A stretch of DNA of 51,303 nt, from the IMG/VR virus record IMGVR_UViG_3300038406_000089, positions 1 to 51,303 of that record; one strand, written 5' to 3'. The translations under genes were made by a program, and so were the position numbers. A model generated the notes under the pieces. It did no database searches and was not told where the DNA came from. It saw nothing but the letters and a program-made list of their open reading frames with translations. Numbering within the stretch: position 1 is the first letter of the stretch; the number at the start of each line of letters is the position of its first letter. Source of the DNA: a virus (lineage: Duplodnaviria > Caudoviricetes). Below, one piece after another: positions 34,516 through 43,725 of this stretch.

Positions 34516-34892
34516 CCTACCGCACCGTCGAACCCAGACCGGGCATCTTCATTCCCATCCTGGGTGAAGGTGAGCCCCTCACCGACGATTACATTTCTGT
34601 ACTCGATGGCGCGCTCAGGAGCGACGGCTGTACGGGGGTCAAGGACTGGCACCGTCCCTGCTGCGTCGTGCATGATTTGGCTTGTGAGCACCATCTTGAC
34701 CCTTGGGGGCGCGTAATTACCCGTGCGGCTGGCGACGTTGGGCTCAGGCGCTGCATCCAGTCTCGTTCTCACGTCTCCATCCCCTACTGGCCGGGAAAGC
34801 GCCTCACGGTCAACCTGGGGCGACTTTCGCCTATGTCCTGGTGGCGCTGGGCCGGCGTCCGCTCGTACGCCATCCTGACCGGAAAGCAGTAG
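34512..34892 (+). CDS. Phospholipase A2-like protein
   Basis: SDGCT...CCVVHD...AGD..LRRC...GVR. Confidence 0.55.
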   Translation: MTYRTVEPRPGIFIPILGEGEPLTDDYISVLDGALRSDGCTGVKDWHRPCCVVHDLACEHHLDPWGRVITRAAGDVGLRRCIQSRSHVSIPYWPGKRLTVNLGRLSPMSWWRWAGVRSYAILTGKQ

Positions 34893-34893
34893 T

Positions 34894-34968
34894 TGGCACG
34901 CTTCTTGCGCTGCTTTCGTGTGAATCTACCCCCACTCATCCGCAAGTAGTAGTGGCACTGCTCTTGCA
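34894..34968 (+). promoter_or_regulatory. Tandem sigma-54 motifs upstream of the accessory block
   Basis: TGGCACGCTTCTTGCG 34894-34909; TGGCACTGCTCTTGCA 34953-34968; then GGAGGAG RBS and ATG 35001. Confidence 0.78.
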
Positions 34969-35000
34969 CCCTACAAGAGCATCATTACCAGGAGGAGTGT

Positions 35001-35705
35001 ATGCGCAGAGTTCTGCTCGCCACCGTCTTCTCGCTCACGATGCTCTCTGGCACGTCTTTTGCACAGCAGTGTAACCCCAACGACCCGGCTGTCCTTTGCA
35101 CCCTGAAAACGCTTCGAGCCGAGTACCCGACGCCCATGTCGAAGGGGCAGCTCGGGGCGATGCTCGACCGCACCGTCGCCTCTCACGCCGGTTGGCGACT
35201 CTACCGCAAGCCACAGGGCAACAACTGTCCTCAGCCGATGACGGGAGTGCCCATCTCGTGTGACATCATCGTCCAGACGCACGGGCTGGTCGGCACGATG
35301 TTCGATGTCCTGATCGACCAGGACAACGCAGCCACGCCAGGATGGCGAGAGGTTGGCGAGACAGACGACACGGAGAAGTGGATTCGACCTGTATCGGGCT
35401 CGACATCGCCCGAGCCGACGCCGCCACCCACGCCTCAACCCTCCGACGATGTTCTGAACGAGCTTCGTCGTCTTCAGGAGACACAGACGCAAATCGACGC
35501 CAAGGTCCAGCAGCTCCTTGCCGAGATTGCTGCTCACGAGTACCTTCAGCAGGCCGAGCGCGACAGGCAGGAAGCCGAGCGCATCGAACAGGCCAAGTTC
35601 CGCGAAGGTGTTCGTAGCGAGTATCGCCGCTTCGCCGTGTTCACATCCAAGTACGTTCTCCCCGCAATCGTCGCATTCTTCGGCGGTCGCGCTATCGCCA
35701 ACTAA
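35001..35705 (+). CDS. Exported protein with Pro linker, coiled coil and C-terminal hydrophobic anchor
   Basis: Signal peptide ending SFA; four Cys; PEPTPPPTPQP; YVLPAIVAFFGG. Confidence 0.75.
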   Translation: MRRVLLATVFSLTMLSGTSFAQQCNPNDPAVLCTLKTLRAEYPTPMSKGQLGAMLDRTVASHAGWRLYRKPQGNNCPQPMTGVPISCDIIVQTHGLVGTMFDVLIDQDNAATPGWREVGETDDTEKWIRPVSGSTSPEPTPPPTPQPSDDVLNELRRLQETQTQIDAKVQQLLAEIAAHEYLQQAERDRQEAERIEQAKFREGVRSEYRRFAVFTSKYVLPAIVAFFGGRAIAN

Positions 35706-35722
35706 CAACGAAAGGGTTTCCA

Positions 35723-37051
35723 GTGGGAAACAACATCTCAGGCGAGTACGCAAAGTGCCACAACTGCCCAACACATATCAGGCGTCGTGATAGCAAGTCT
35801 GGGCTGTGTGCGCAATGCTATCGGCAGTCTCTGAAAGGAATAGAAGCCAAGCCGGGATCACAGCTCAGCGACAGCATCACAGAGACGGCCAACACGCGAG
35901 AGATTGTCAAGACTGTGGAAGGGAGGGTCAAGACACTCGAAGACATGATACGGGTGTGTGAGATCGATACCGAGCAGTGGGAAATCGAGCGGTGGGTGTG
36001 CAACAAGTGGGAAGTGGGAATGAAGCCCGAGACAGAAAAAGGGACACCGTTGGTTCCTGTTATCTCGGAGCTTTTCCAGATCAAGGTGTGGCTGCGTCGG
36101 AAAGCAGGACACATCCTGACACTACAGGCGCTGCGCAAAGGGCTTGTCGAAGACATTCGCAAGGCTGTCCAAGGCGCACCTGCCATCATCCCAGCGAGAT
36201 CGTTCACAGAGGGTGATTGGTTGTTCGAGTTCTCTCCCTTCGATTTGCACATGGGGAAGTACTCTTGGAATGAGGAGACTGTCACCGACTACGATACAGA
36301 CATCGCAGCCGATCTCTTCAACGCCTCATTGGACTTCCTTCTTGACCGTGCCATGCGGTTGACAGGGGGCAAACTCGACCGCATCCTCTGCGTCTTCGGC
36401 AACGACGTTTCTCACACTGATAGCAAGCGAGCGCAGACGACATCTGGTACCCCGATGGACGTAGACACGCGGTACATCAAAGTGTATCGACGTATCTGTG
36501 AGATTCATCGCAGGGCAGTAGATATCCTTCGCGGAATCGCACCTGTCGATGTAAAGGTCGTGGCTGGAAACCACGACGAGCTGACGAGCTTCCATCTCGG
36601 GGAGATCATCGCGACTCGATACGAAGGTGATCGCTACGTGACCGTGGACAACAGCCCGCGCCTTCGCAAGTACTACGACTACGGTGTGAATCTCTTCGGT
36701 TTCACACACGGGGACTCTGAAAAAGTCTCCGAGCTGCCCTTGACGATGGCGCGTGAGCAGCCCGAGCTGTGGGCTAGATGTCCTAGTCGAGAGTGGCACA
36801 TCGGACACAAGCACATCTCCGAGAAGGTTGAACTGCGCAACCCGTCTAGTCTCGTACAGGACTTTTTCAGCGACAAGGGTGTACGAATCCGTCGCCTGAC
36901 ATCGCTCTCTGGTCACGATGCGTGGCATACCAAACACGCCTACATGGATCGGAGAGCGTGTGAGGCATTTGTGTTTCACAAGACCGCTGGGTTCACTGAT
37001 CACCTTAGCTTCAACGTGGATCACTTCACAGGGAAGGCTGTGAGCAGATGA
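35723..37051 (+). CDS. Calcineurin-like metallophosphoesterase with N-terminal zinc finger
   Basis: DLHMG, GNDVSH, GNHD, THGD, GHKH; CHNC...CAQC. Confidence 0.85.
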   Translation: MGNNISGEYAKCHNCPTHIRRRDSKSGLCAQCYRQSLKGIEAKPGSQLSDSITETANTREIVKTVEGRVKTLEDMIRVCEIDTEQWEIERWVCNKWEVGMKPETEKGTPLVPVISELFQIKVWLRRKAGHILTLQALRKGLVEDIRKAVQGAPAIIPARSFTEGDWLFEFSPFDLHMGKYSWNEETVTDYDTDIAADLFNASLDFLLDRAMRLTGGKLDRILCVFGNDVSHTDSKRAQTTSGTPMDVDTRYIKVYRRICEIHRRAVDILRGIAPVDVKVVAGNHDELTSFHLGEIIATRYEGDRYVTVDNSPRLRKYYDYGVNLFGFTHGDSEKVSELPLTMAREQPELWARCPSREWHIGHKHISEKVELRNPSSLVQDFFSDKGVRIRRLTSLSGHDAWHTKHAYMDRRACEAFVFHKTAGFTDHLSFNVDHFTGKAVSR

Positions 37052-37359
37052 TCGCCACCTACGCAGCGTGGGCTGTCTTTCTCGTAGTGCAGAATGCCTC
37101 TTTTACGTTCGTTAGCCGTGCTCGCAATTCCGGTAGTTACGCACTGCACGCAATCGCGGCAGTTCTGTCGAACGGCGTCTGGATAGCCTCGCAGTTCGTA
37201 TCGCTGTCTATTCTGCTCGACGTGATACACAACGGGTCGTGGGGGCAAGCGCTTTTCGTCGGTGCGTTCTACACTACATTCACTGTACTTGGGTCGATAG
37301 GCATGCACTGGGTCGGCATCAACTACATTGAAAAGGGGAAGCGAAGGGTGGGTGCATGA
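37048..37359 (+). CDS. Three-TM membrane protein
   Basis: QNASFTFVSRARNSGS...LSNGVW; hydrophobic helices. Confidence 0.7.
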   Translation: MIATYAAWAVFLVVQNASFTFVSRARNSGSYALHAIAAVLSNGVWIASQFVSLSILLDVIHNGSWGQALFVGAFYTTFTVLGSIGMHWVGINYIEKGKRRVGA

Positions 37360-37502
37360 GCGCTCCTCTTCTCGCGGCTGTGACGCTCGCATACCTATGG
37401 GTCGCCATCGGGTATGCGCGCGAACACAGATACGGCATGACAGTTGCATTCCTCGCATATGCGCTCGCCAATGTCGGTTTCATACTCGATCTACGGAGGT
37501 AG
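37356..37502 (+). CDS. Small two-TM protein
   Basis: My translation: MSAPLLAAVTLAYLWVAIGYAREHRYGMTVAFLAYALANVGFILDLRR. Confidence 0.6.
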   Translation: MSAPLLAAVTLAYLWVAIGYAREHRYGMTVAFLAYALANVGFILDLRR

Positions 37503-37504
37503 CG

Positions 37505-37933
37505 ATGGCTCTGCTAGCGGCGCCCCCTGACGTGCTTCGCTGGTGTCCACGGTCGGCCGGGCATGGTGACTGCGCGGTCGCCGCCCTGGAGATTGCCTGT
37601 GGAGTCACGTATGAGAATGCGCTCTCGGCTGCGCTCGGTGTGTGTCCCGACGTACTTGCTGATGGGATGACGTGGCGCGAGATTCGCAAGGCTGCGGTCT
37701 TGATGGGCTTCAAGACACAGCTCAAGCGGAAGTACGATCTGGAGGAGGATACGGGCATCATCGAGGTTTGCCAGCCTCACGTGAAAGGGTCGTCGCATGT
37801 CGTCTACTTGTGGGAGGGACGCATCATCGAGCCAATGAGCGACCGTCAGCAGCTCTGGCTCGACTCGCGCTCGTTCCTGAGCCACTACCACTACGTTGCT
37901 GGATCACTGCTCGTTCTCAGGAGGGACGAATGA
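37505..37933 (+). CDS. Peptidase C39-like (papain-fold) protein
   Basis: GGAGG RBS; GDCAVAAL...SHVVYL...IIEP. Confidence 0.65.
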   Translation: MALLAAPPDVLRWCPRSAGHGDCAVAALEIACGVTYENALSAALGVCPDVLADGMTWREIRKAAVLMGFKTQLKRKYDLEEDTGIIEVCQPHVKGSSHVVYLWEGRIIEPMSDRQQLWLDSRSFLSHYHYVAGSLLVLRRDE

Positions 37934-38346
37934 TCTACCTGATCGGCTCACTACGCAATCCCGAGTGTCCGAAGATTGCGAACAAACTTCGGACAGAAGG
38001 GTGGGAGGTTTTCGATGACTGGTACGCCGCTGGACCCGAAGCCGACGACAAATGGCGAGACTACGAGAAGCAGCGAGGGCGTACTTATACTGAAGCCCTC
38101 TATGGATTGGCTGCGAACCATGTGTTCGGGTTTGACCTTCAGCATCTTGATCGATGCGAAGCGGCACTGCTGGTGCTTCCTGCCGGAAGGAGCGGACATC
38201 TCGAACTCGGCTACGTGGTTGGATCAGGTAGACCTGGCTACATTCTTCTCGACAACCCCGAACGCTGGGACGTGATGTACAGGTTCGCTACCGGAGTGTT
38301 CACCAGCTTGGAGGAGTTGATCAATGGGCTTCGTCGTCAAAGATAG
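37930..38346 (+). CDS. Nucleoside 2-deoxyribosyltransferase-like protein 1
   Basis: IYLIGS, FGFDLQHLDRC, PAGRSGHLELGY. Confidence 0.75.
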   Translation: MIYLIGSLRNPECPKIANKLRTEGWEVFDDWYAAGPEADDKWRDYEKQRGRTYTEALYGLAANHVFGFDLQHLDRCEAALLVLPAGRSGHLELGYVVGSGRPGYILLDNPERWDVMYRFATGVFTSLEELINGLRRQR

Positions 38347-38719
38347 CGGAAGGCGGCAAGAGTTCTCGGGAGGGATGGTTCGCGACACGCAAGAGGGGAA
38401 AATCGACTGGTGGCGCGTGCTCGTTGGGCCTATCGTGCGGCGTCTCGCTGAGCATGTCACGAAGGGCGCCGTGAAGTACCCTGATGTACAGCCTGGGGTG
38501 CCGAACTGGACGCTCGCGGCCGGCGAGGAAGAGTACCAGCGCTTCAAGGCGAGTGCATTCCGACACTTCGTCCAGTGGTACCAGGGAGACACGGACGAGG
38601 ATCACGCGGCGGCTGTGGTGTTCAACATCAATGGAGCTGAATATGTCCGCGAGAAAAACGCGAATCTACGTAGCGGCGCCGTGGGTAAGGCGGGAGGAAG
38701 CGCGAGCAGCGGCGTGTAG
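38324..38719 (+). CDS. dATP/dGTP diphosphohydrolase-like protein (DUF5664 type)
   Basis: KDSG.RQEF.GG.VRD...GK, GAVKY...NW, SAFRH...EDHAAAV.FN. Confidence 0.8.
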   Translation: MGFVVKDSGRRQEFSGGMVRDTQEGKIDWWRVLVGPIVRRLAEHVTKGAVKYPDVQPGVPNWTLAAGEEEYQRFKASAFRHFVQWYQGDTDEDHAAAVVFNINGAEYVREKNANLRSGAVGKAGGSASSGV

Positions 38720-39062
38720 GCTCGAAGAGAACGGCTTCGAGGTTGTGTCGCGTTGGTTGCGTATCCACGATGATGACACGAAAGACCCGTGGGCGCGTAG
38801 ACGCGAGGCTCAAGCCGACTGGGCGGATGTGCTCGACTCCGACGTGCTGCTGCTCCTGAACCTGGAGAAGTCGGAAGGTAAGGCCGTCGAGCAGGGCATC
38901 GCGCTTCAGGCCGGCATCCCGATCATCGCCGTGGGAGACACCTACTCGAACGTCTTTCAGCATCTAGAGAACCTGGAAGACCCGCACCGGAAGGGCGGTC
39001 ACTATACGTGGGTGCCGACACTCTCTAAGGCGATGGAAGAAATGCCTACCTTCGACTCGTAG
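38643..39062 (+). CDS. Nucleoside 2-deoxyribosyltransferase-like protein 2
   Basis: RIYVAA, VVSRW, DWADV..SD, SEGKAVEQGIA, NVFQHL. Confidence 0.75.
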   Translation: MSARKTRIYVAAPWVRREEARAAACRLEENGFEVVSRWLRIHDDDTKDPWARRREAQADWADVLDSDVLLLLNLEKSEGKAVEQGIALQAGIPIIAVGDTYSNVFQHLENLEDPHRKGGHYTWVPTLSKAMEEMPTFDS

Positions 39063-39122
39063 AGCCGTGGTAGACTGGAGGGGTGAGATAATTTCTTACC
39101 CCTCTGGTCTGGAGTCACGTAC

Positions 39123-39755
39123 ATGGCTTGTATTCGCACATTCCTCGCCGCTTTCCTCCTCTCAGTCTCACTCCTTTTCTCGGGCTGTAGCGTTGCGCGA
39201 GTACTCGACGCCTCGCCTCGCCTTGTCGAGAACATCCAGCCACTACGCACCCAGGACGGACAGACCTTCTGCACGGCGTTTGCGATCAATCAGGTCGAGC
39301 GCCTGTGGGCAACGGCCGGGCACTGCGCTGATGCTGCTGCCAAACGTGACTGGGAGATGCGCATTGCTGAGCGGCCGGCGACTGCCGTGTTCGTCAAGTA
39401 CGACGCCACACGCGACTACGCGATCCTCCAGGCTGAGGTTGCCGGGCGCCCACTCCTCCTCGCGAACGTAGCGCCGCAAGTCGATGACGTGCTCGTGATC
39501 AAGGGCTTCCCCTACGGTCTGCCGGCGCTGGCCGTCACCCGAGGCACGCTCGCTGCCAAGAGTGTGCCGATTCCGAACCGTCCGATCAGCGACGTGCTCG
39601 ACATCACCGTGGCCGGCGGCAACAGCGGCTCGCCCGTGTTGAAGGATGGCAAGGTCGTCGGCATTCTGTGGGGCGGATTCCTCGCCTCACCGCACTCGCT
39701 CTCGATCCCGTGGGAGACACTGAGGCGGGAACTGGCAGTGTACTGGGAGCAGTAA
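39123..39755 (+). CDS. Trypsin-like serine protease, probable lipoprotein
   Basis: TAGHC, DYAIL, GNSGSPV triad; LLFSGC lipobox-like signal. Confidence 0.85.
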   Translation: MACIRTFLAAFLLSVSLLFSGCSVARVLDASPRLVENIQPLRTQDGQTFCTAFAINQVERLWATAGHCADAAAKRDWEMRIAERPATAVFVKYDATRDYAILQAEVAGRPLLLANVAPQVDDVLVIKGFPYGLPALAVTRGTLAAKSVPIPNRPISDVLDITVAGGNSGSPVLKDGKVVGILWGGFLASPHSLSIPWETLRRELAVYWEQ

Positions 39756-39768
39756 GAGACAGGGGGAG

Positions 39769-39996
39769 ATGATGACTGTCGAGCAGGACGAGGCACTGAA
39801 GGCGGTCTGTCACGGGATTGTTGTGGGCGCCGTGCTGCCTGTGCTAGCGTACAACATCGGCGCCCGCAATCTCAAGAACGTGCTGCTTTACCTCGCGCTG
39901 GAGATCGTTGAGGGGGTGCAGATCGCGCGACACGTGCGAGATGCTCGTTCCACCGTTCGCATGCCTTACACCCACGATGATCCAGCCAACGTCTAA
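39769..39996 (+). CDS. Small membrane protein, last gene of the rightward arm
   Basis: GGGGAG RBS; two hydrophobic segments. Confidence 0.55.
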   Translation: MMTVEQDEALKAVCHGIVVGAVLPVLAYNIGARNLKNVLLYLALEIVEGVQIARHVRDARSTVRMPYTHDDPANV

Positions 39997-40141
39997 CGAG
40001 TGCAGTCCAGCCAAGTGATCGAGGGTGGCCCTCCACGCGACCACGCTCGATCACCTGCTGATTGATCCGCACTTCCACGTTGTAGTTCGCAGCGTGGTCA
40101 GGGCCGCTGCCGTCGTTGTGGAAGGTGAGAATCAACGCCAT
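39872..40141 (-). CDS. Hypothetical protein, last gene of the leftward arm
   Basis: MALILTFHNDGSG...ANYNV.V.IN...GRVEGHPRSLGW..LV. Confidence 0.55.
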   Translation of the reverse strand: MALILTFHNDGSGPDHAANYNVEVRINQQVIERGRVEGHPRSLGWTALVRRWLDHRGCKACERWNEHLARVARSAPPQRSPARGKAARS

Positions 40142-40145
40142 CGGA

Positions 40146-40469
40146 TTACGTGCCCCAGATGATGTGATCGTCAGCGCTGAGCCGCTGCGTTTCGCTCTGT
40201 TGATCCTCGACAGGAACACCCGAGAGCGACAGCTCGTCAGCGACAGCCTGCAACTCGATCTCCATCGCCTCCAAGAAGCTGTCGTAGGAGCCTACCGCGA
40301 TACCGCTGCGAAGCTCGTAGCAGCGCTCCGCGAGCACATCGAGCTTGCTCACGAGAACCTCACGGACGTTCGCCATCGTATCGATTTCCTGAACCTCCAC
40401 TCCGCGCTCACAACTCCCGCAGCCGCCGCCCTGCATCACGACCGTGTCCGTGTAGATGACTGTCTGCAT
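40146..40469 (-). CDS. Acidic hypothetical protein
   Basis: AGGAGG RBS; 107 aa. Confidence 0.6.
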   Translation of the reverse strand: MQTVIYTDTVVMQGGGCGSCERGVEVQEIDTMANVREVLVSKLDVLAERCYELRSGIAVGSYDSFLEAMEIELQAVADELSLSGVPVEDQQSETQRLSADDHIIWGT

Positions 40470-40477
40470 CTGCCCTC

Positions 40478-40879
40478 CTATTTTGGCCTCTTGCCGGTGT
40501 ACTCGACGGTGGACTTCGCTGAGTCGATCCTGAAGTTGTGCCGAAGGTAGTCTGCTCGAATAACCTCCGTAATCGTGTCCAAGAAACGCATGTTATCGAA
40601 GTGTCGGGTGCGTCCCTGGCTGGCGATGCGCGAGAAGTCTTCGGCATTCACGACCTGACCCCGCATCGCGAGCTGAAGGCACACGTGAGCGGCCAGCCGA
40701 GTGCGTCCTGTCGCGCGGGAGCGGTCCTGGTCGAAGAACCACATCAACACAGGGAGTGCGAACTCCTGTAGCGCTGTGAGCCGTCGTGACTCGTTCGCAG
40801 GGTGATCCGGCGATAGCGTGTTCGCGAGACGCTCGGGAAGATCGGGCATGAACGGATTGTCGTTTGGTTTCTTACTCAC
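40478..40879 (-). CDS. Hypothetical protein
   Basis: GGAGGG RBS; RATGRT degenerate P-loop-like motif. Confidence 0.55.
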   Translation of the reverse strand: MSKKPNDNPFMPDLPERLANTLSPDHPANESRRLTALQEFALPVLMWFFDQDRSRATGRTRLAAHVCLQLAMRGQVVNAEDFSRIASQGRTRHFDNMRFLDTITEVIRADYLRHNFRIDSAKSTVEYTGKRPK

Positions 40880-40888
40880 CTATCCCTC

Positions 40889-41314
40889 CTAATCGATTAC
40901 TAGCAACGAACCGCCCTTCCCCATCTTGCGTGCTTGCTTCATCGTCCAGCAACCGCCCGACTTGACGTGTGTATCGGTCCCGCAGTGGTAGCAGCGGTCG
41001 AAGCGCATCCCAGCGTAGCCGGGCGGGAGTCTGCGTAGTGTAATACACACCACGATGTCGCTCGCGCGCGCGATCCTGAGATTGCGCGGCTTGTAGCCTG
41101 TCTCCCAGCTCAGTGTCTCGGGCGGGTACTCCTCGTATGCGAGCCCGAGCTTCTTCGCCTCCTCAACCGCCCACACGTCGATACCGCCGAGATGGCACGC
41201 ACCGCTTACGACGGTATCGCCGGGCACTAGTAGATCACGGATGAGTTCACGTGCCTTGCGCTCTGTCTCGGGCGTGAACTTCGCTCCCTCGCTCCCGACG
41301 ATGCCGATACGCAT
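40889..41314 (-). CDS. SLOG (DprA/YspA-like) nucleotide-binding protein
   Basis: MRIGIVGS, VVSGA..GGID..A, RN..IA..SD, SGG..T..ARK.GK. Confidence 0.75.
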   Translation of the reverse strand: MRIGIVGSEGAKFTPETERKARELIRDLLVPGDTVVSGACHLGGIDVWAVEEAKKLGLAYEEYPPETLSWETGYKPRNLRIARASDIVVCITLRRLPPGYAGMRFDRCYHCGTDTHVKSGGCWTMKQARKMGKGGSLLVID

Positions 41315-41652
41315 TAGTATGTAGCACCTAACGCGCTACGTACCATCCTGTTCATGTTCGAGGCGGCTTGCGATCTCACGCACGAGATGTCGCCGCACGT
41401 CACAGCAAAGTAGGCGCCTCCCTTACCGTGTCGCACTCGTACAGTGTGCATCGGCTCACCGCACTTGGGACACGCAACCTCGATATCGAGGAAGTGTGTA
41501 GGATCGCCTTGTACCTCGATGCGCCACTTGCTGCATCTCAGCCTCTTGCTGAGTCGTCGCCATAGAGGATGCTGTAGGATTGTCACTTTGCCCTTCTCCC
41601 CTACATTCCGAAATTGTACAGGAACCAGCGCTTGTGTCCGGTGCGACAGCAT
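41314..41652 (-). CDS. Zinc-ribbon protein
   Basis: CPKCG...CGDISC. Confidence 0.55.
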   Translation of the reverse strand: MLSHRTQALVPVQFRNVGEKGKVTILQHPLWRRLSKRLRCSKWRIEVQGDPTHFLDIEVACPKCGEPMHTVRVRHGKGGAYFAVTCGDISCVRSQAASNMNRMVRSALGATY

Positions 41653-41856
41653 TCGCGCTCGACATATCTATCGAACTCTTTGCGGCAGTGCCCGTTGCGG
41701 GGTCGTAACTGTTCCGAGCCGGTGGGGTGCCAGCAATGCCGGCTATCCCACAGGCTGTAACCCATCATCCCCAGACCAACAACGATAGTTGCTGCAAAAG
41801 TTCCTATCAGAGCAAAATCCACAAGAGAAAGGTGAAGATGGTAGATTTCTCCCAAC

Positions 41857-42225
41857 TTATTCCTCCTCTTTTTCACCCGGCGCAGTGATCTTCGTGTACT
41901 CCTTCTTCGGCTTCGTGTCCTGGCACTCGTTGTAGAGCGAGAGATCCCCACCCTTGCGGACGAACTGCTCCTTGTCGAAGAAGGTCTGATGCCCCTTCAC
42001 GCGAGTGATCTTGAAAGACTCGAAAGCGAACTTGTCGGCGCCAACTTCCGCGCGCACCGCTTCGACCAGATCGCCCTGCTTCGCGAGCGCAGCCTTGAGC
42101 GCCTTGGCCTGCTGATTCAGCTCAGCCCAGACCTTTAGCGCCTTACGGAGCTTGACCTTCTGGACCGGCTTGAGCGTGACTTCCTGTTTCGTCGTCGTCG
42201 TGACGGTTGCTTGGAGTCTCGGCAT
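41857..42225 (-). CDS. Coiled-coil phage protein
   Basis: TGATG coupling to PNK; strong codon bias. Confidence 0.65.
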   Translation of the reverse strand: MPRLQATVTTTTKQEVTLKPVQKVKLRKALKVWAELNQQAKALKAALAKQGDLVEAVRAEVGADKFAFESFKITRVKGHQTFFDKEQFVRKGGDLSLYNECQDTKPKKEYTKITAPGEKEEE

Positions 42226-43112
42226 CAGAAATTCCCTTCAGCGACCTGGAAACACGTCAGGCCGATACTGCGCCACATCTTGACGACCTGATCTCGGTCA
42301 TCGAGTACGAAGAGTACGTTGTACTTGCCGCGCACGTGCTTGTCGAACAGTTCGCACTTCACGATGGCGTCCTTGCGTGTGTCGCCCCCGGCGCGCATGT
42401 AGAGCGGACCCAGCGGACAACTATGTTTCGAGAGGAACTCCAGCGTCTGCGGGCGATACGTGTCGAAGCGCCCTGAGAGGTAGATGATCTGGACGAAGTA
42501 GCCGTTCATCGCACGAAGGCACTTGTACACCGGGACGTTCAGGTCATCCTCGTTGCACTTGCTCGCGTCATACGGCCCGCGATGCCCCTTCTCCTTGAAG
42601 AGGGAGAGCGTGCCATCGAGATCGCAGATCACAGCCGGCATCAGCTCGGGTTGGTAGACGGCGGGGAGGAAGCTCGCGGGTTGTAGTTCCACGTATTGAG
42701 CTGCCATTTTGCGGATCACTTCCTCCCCGACACGTGCTTTGCCCTCGCGTTGCGCATCGCGGCGGATGCACTCCTCGACGGGCGTATCGAAGCGCTTGAT
42801 CTCGAACTCGGCGCCGTTCTCGCGAGCGAGCTGCTCCAGATTGATCTTGTGCTTGCGTCCGAAGTTGGTATCGTCGGAGATCACCACTTGCGCTCCGCTG
42901 TGCAGGGATCGGACGATGCGCGTGTCGCGAATAAGCAGAACACGATTCTCGCCCTCTCGCGACCAGCTCCATCCTTCCGACTCCAGCTCGCGACGAATAT
43001 CGTCTTTGTTTACACGCACCGTGTTGAGGCAATTAGAACTGGCCTGCTGTTCTTTCGCCCATGTCGTCTTGCCGCTACCGGGAAGTCCCTGACACATGAT
43101 GAGCTTGGGCAT
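42225..43112 (-). CDS. pseT: Polynucleotide 5'-kinase / 3'-phosphatase (T4 PseT-like)
   Basis: GLPGSGKTTW, VNKDDIR, DDTN, ECIRRD..R; HAD motif DLDGT, SGR, LYMR..GD.RKD..VK, DDR.QVV.MWR..GL.CFQVA.GNF. Confidence 0.93.
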   Translation of the reverse strand: MPKLIMCQGLPGSGKTTWAKEQQASSNCLNTVRVNKDDIRRELESEGWSWSREGENRVLLIRDTRIVRSLHSGAQVVISDDTNFGRKHKINLEQLARENGAEFEIKRFDTPVEECIRRDAQREGKARVGEEVIRKMAAQYVELQPASFLPAVYQPELMPAVICDLDGTLSLFKEKGHRGPYDASKCNEDDLNVPVYKCLRAMNGYFVQIIYLSGRFDTYRPQTLEFLSKHSCPLGPLYMRAGGDTRKDAIVKCELFDKHVRGKYNVLFVLDDRDQVVKMWRSIGLTCFQVAEGNF

Positions 43113-43285
43113 CAGTCCTCCCACTGCTGATAGATTGCTCGCACGCGATCCATTCTAGGCGCTACCAGACACTCGGTACCATAACGGAAACGTATGTGCA
43201 GTGACAAGCCATCCGAGTAGACTCTGGAGACGTTATGGTACACGAAGAAGCCCTTCCGTCCGTAGTCTATTATGACTGTACGCAT
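43112..43285 (-). CDS. 57-aa protein, paralog of 4431-4601
   Basis: MRTVIIDYGRKGFFVYHNVSRVYSDGLSLHIRFRYG...RVRAIY; coupled to PNK. Confidence 0.7.
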   Translation of the reverse strand: MRTVIIDYGRKGFFVYHNVSRVYSDGLSLHIRFRYGTECLVAPRMDRVRAIYQQWED

Positions 43286-43725
43286 CAGAACCTCTTCCCG
43301 TGCTTGTACGGGCGCGTCGAGTTGTAGTTGTGCTTGGTGATCATCTGAGCCTCGCTGTCGATGCCCACCGACTCGCACACGTCAAGCATACGGATCTGCG
43401 CGTCAGCAATCTCGACAGGGAAGCCCTCAGGCTTGCCACCTTCGCTCGCGTATACCTCGTTGACGCCGTGGCCGGCGCGTAGCTCCTCGTGCGCCTCGCA
43501 CAGCTCACCAATCACGAGCAGGAGCTTGCGTTCGAGCATAGCCTTCTTGTAGTCGGCAAGAATGCGTTCCACCGCATCGATAATAGTCGTATCAAGAGCG
43601 AGATCGCCTTGGCGCAGGAATGCGATATCCTGTTCTACGAGAGCTACGTCCTTCTCGTAGTCGTAGAATCCCTTGTCGCGATTGAGCTTGTGAACGACGG
43701 TCTGCCAGTCGTGGATGAATCTCAT
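43285..43725 (-). CDS. MazG-like NTP pyrophosphohydrolase
   Basis: LLLVIGELCEAHEELR, KPEGFPVEIADAQIRMLD, K..YN.TRPYKHGKRF. Confidence 0.85.
   Translation of the reverse strand: MRFIHDWQTVVHKLNRDKGFYDYEKDVALVEQDIAFLRQGDLALDTTIIDAVERILADYKKAMLERKLLLVIGELCEAHEELRAGHGVNEVYASEGGKPEGFPVEIADAQIRMLDVCESVGIDSEAQMITKHNYNSTRPYKHGKRF

Noticed and set aside
35001-35705. Unimolecular spanin
   Set aside because: It has a C-terminal hydrophobic segment, but the N-terminus looks like a signal peptidase I site (SFA-QQC) rather than a lipobox.
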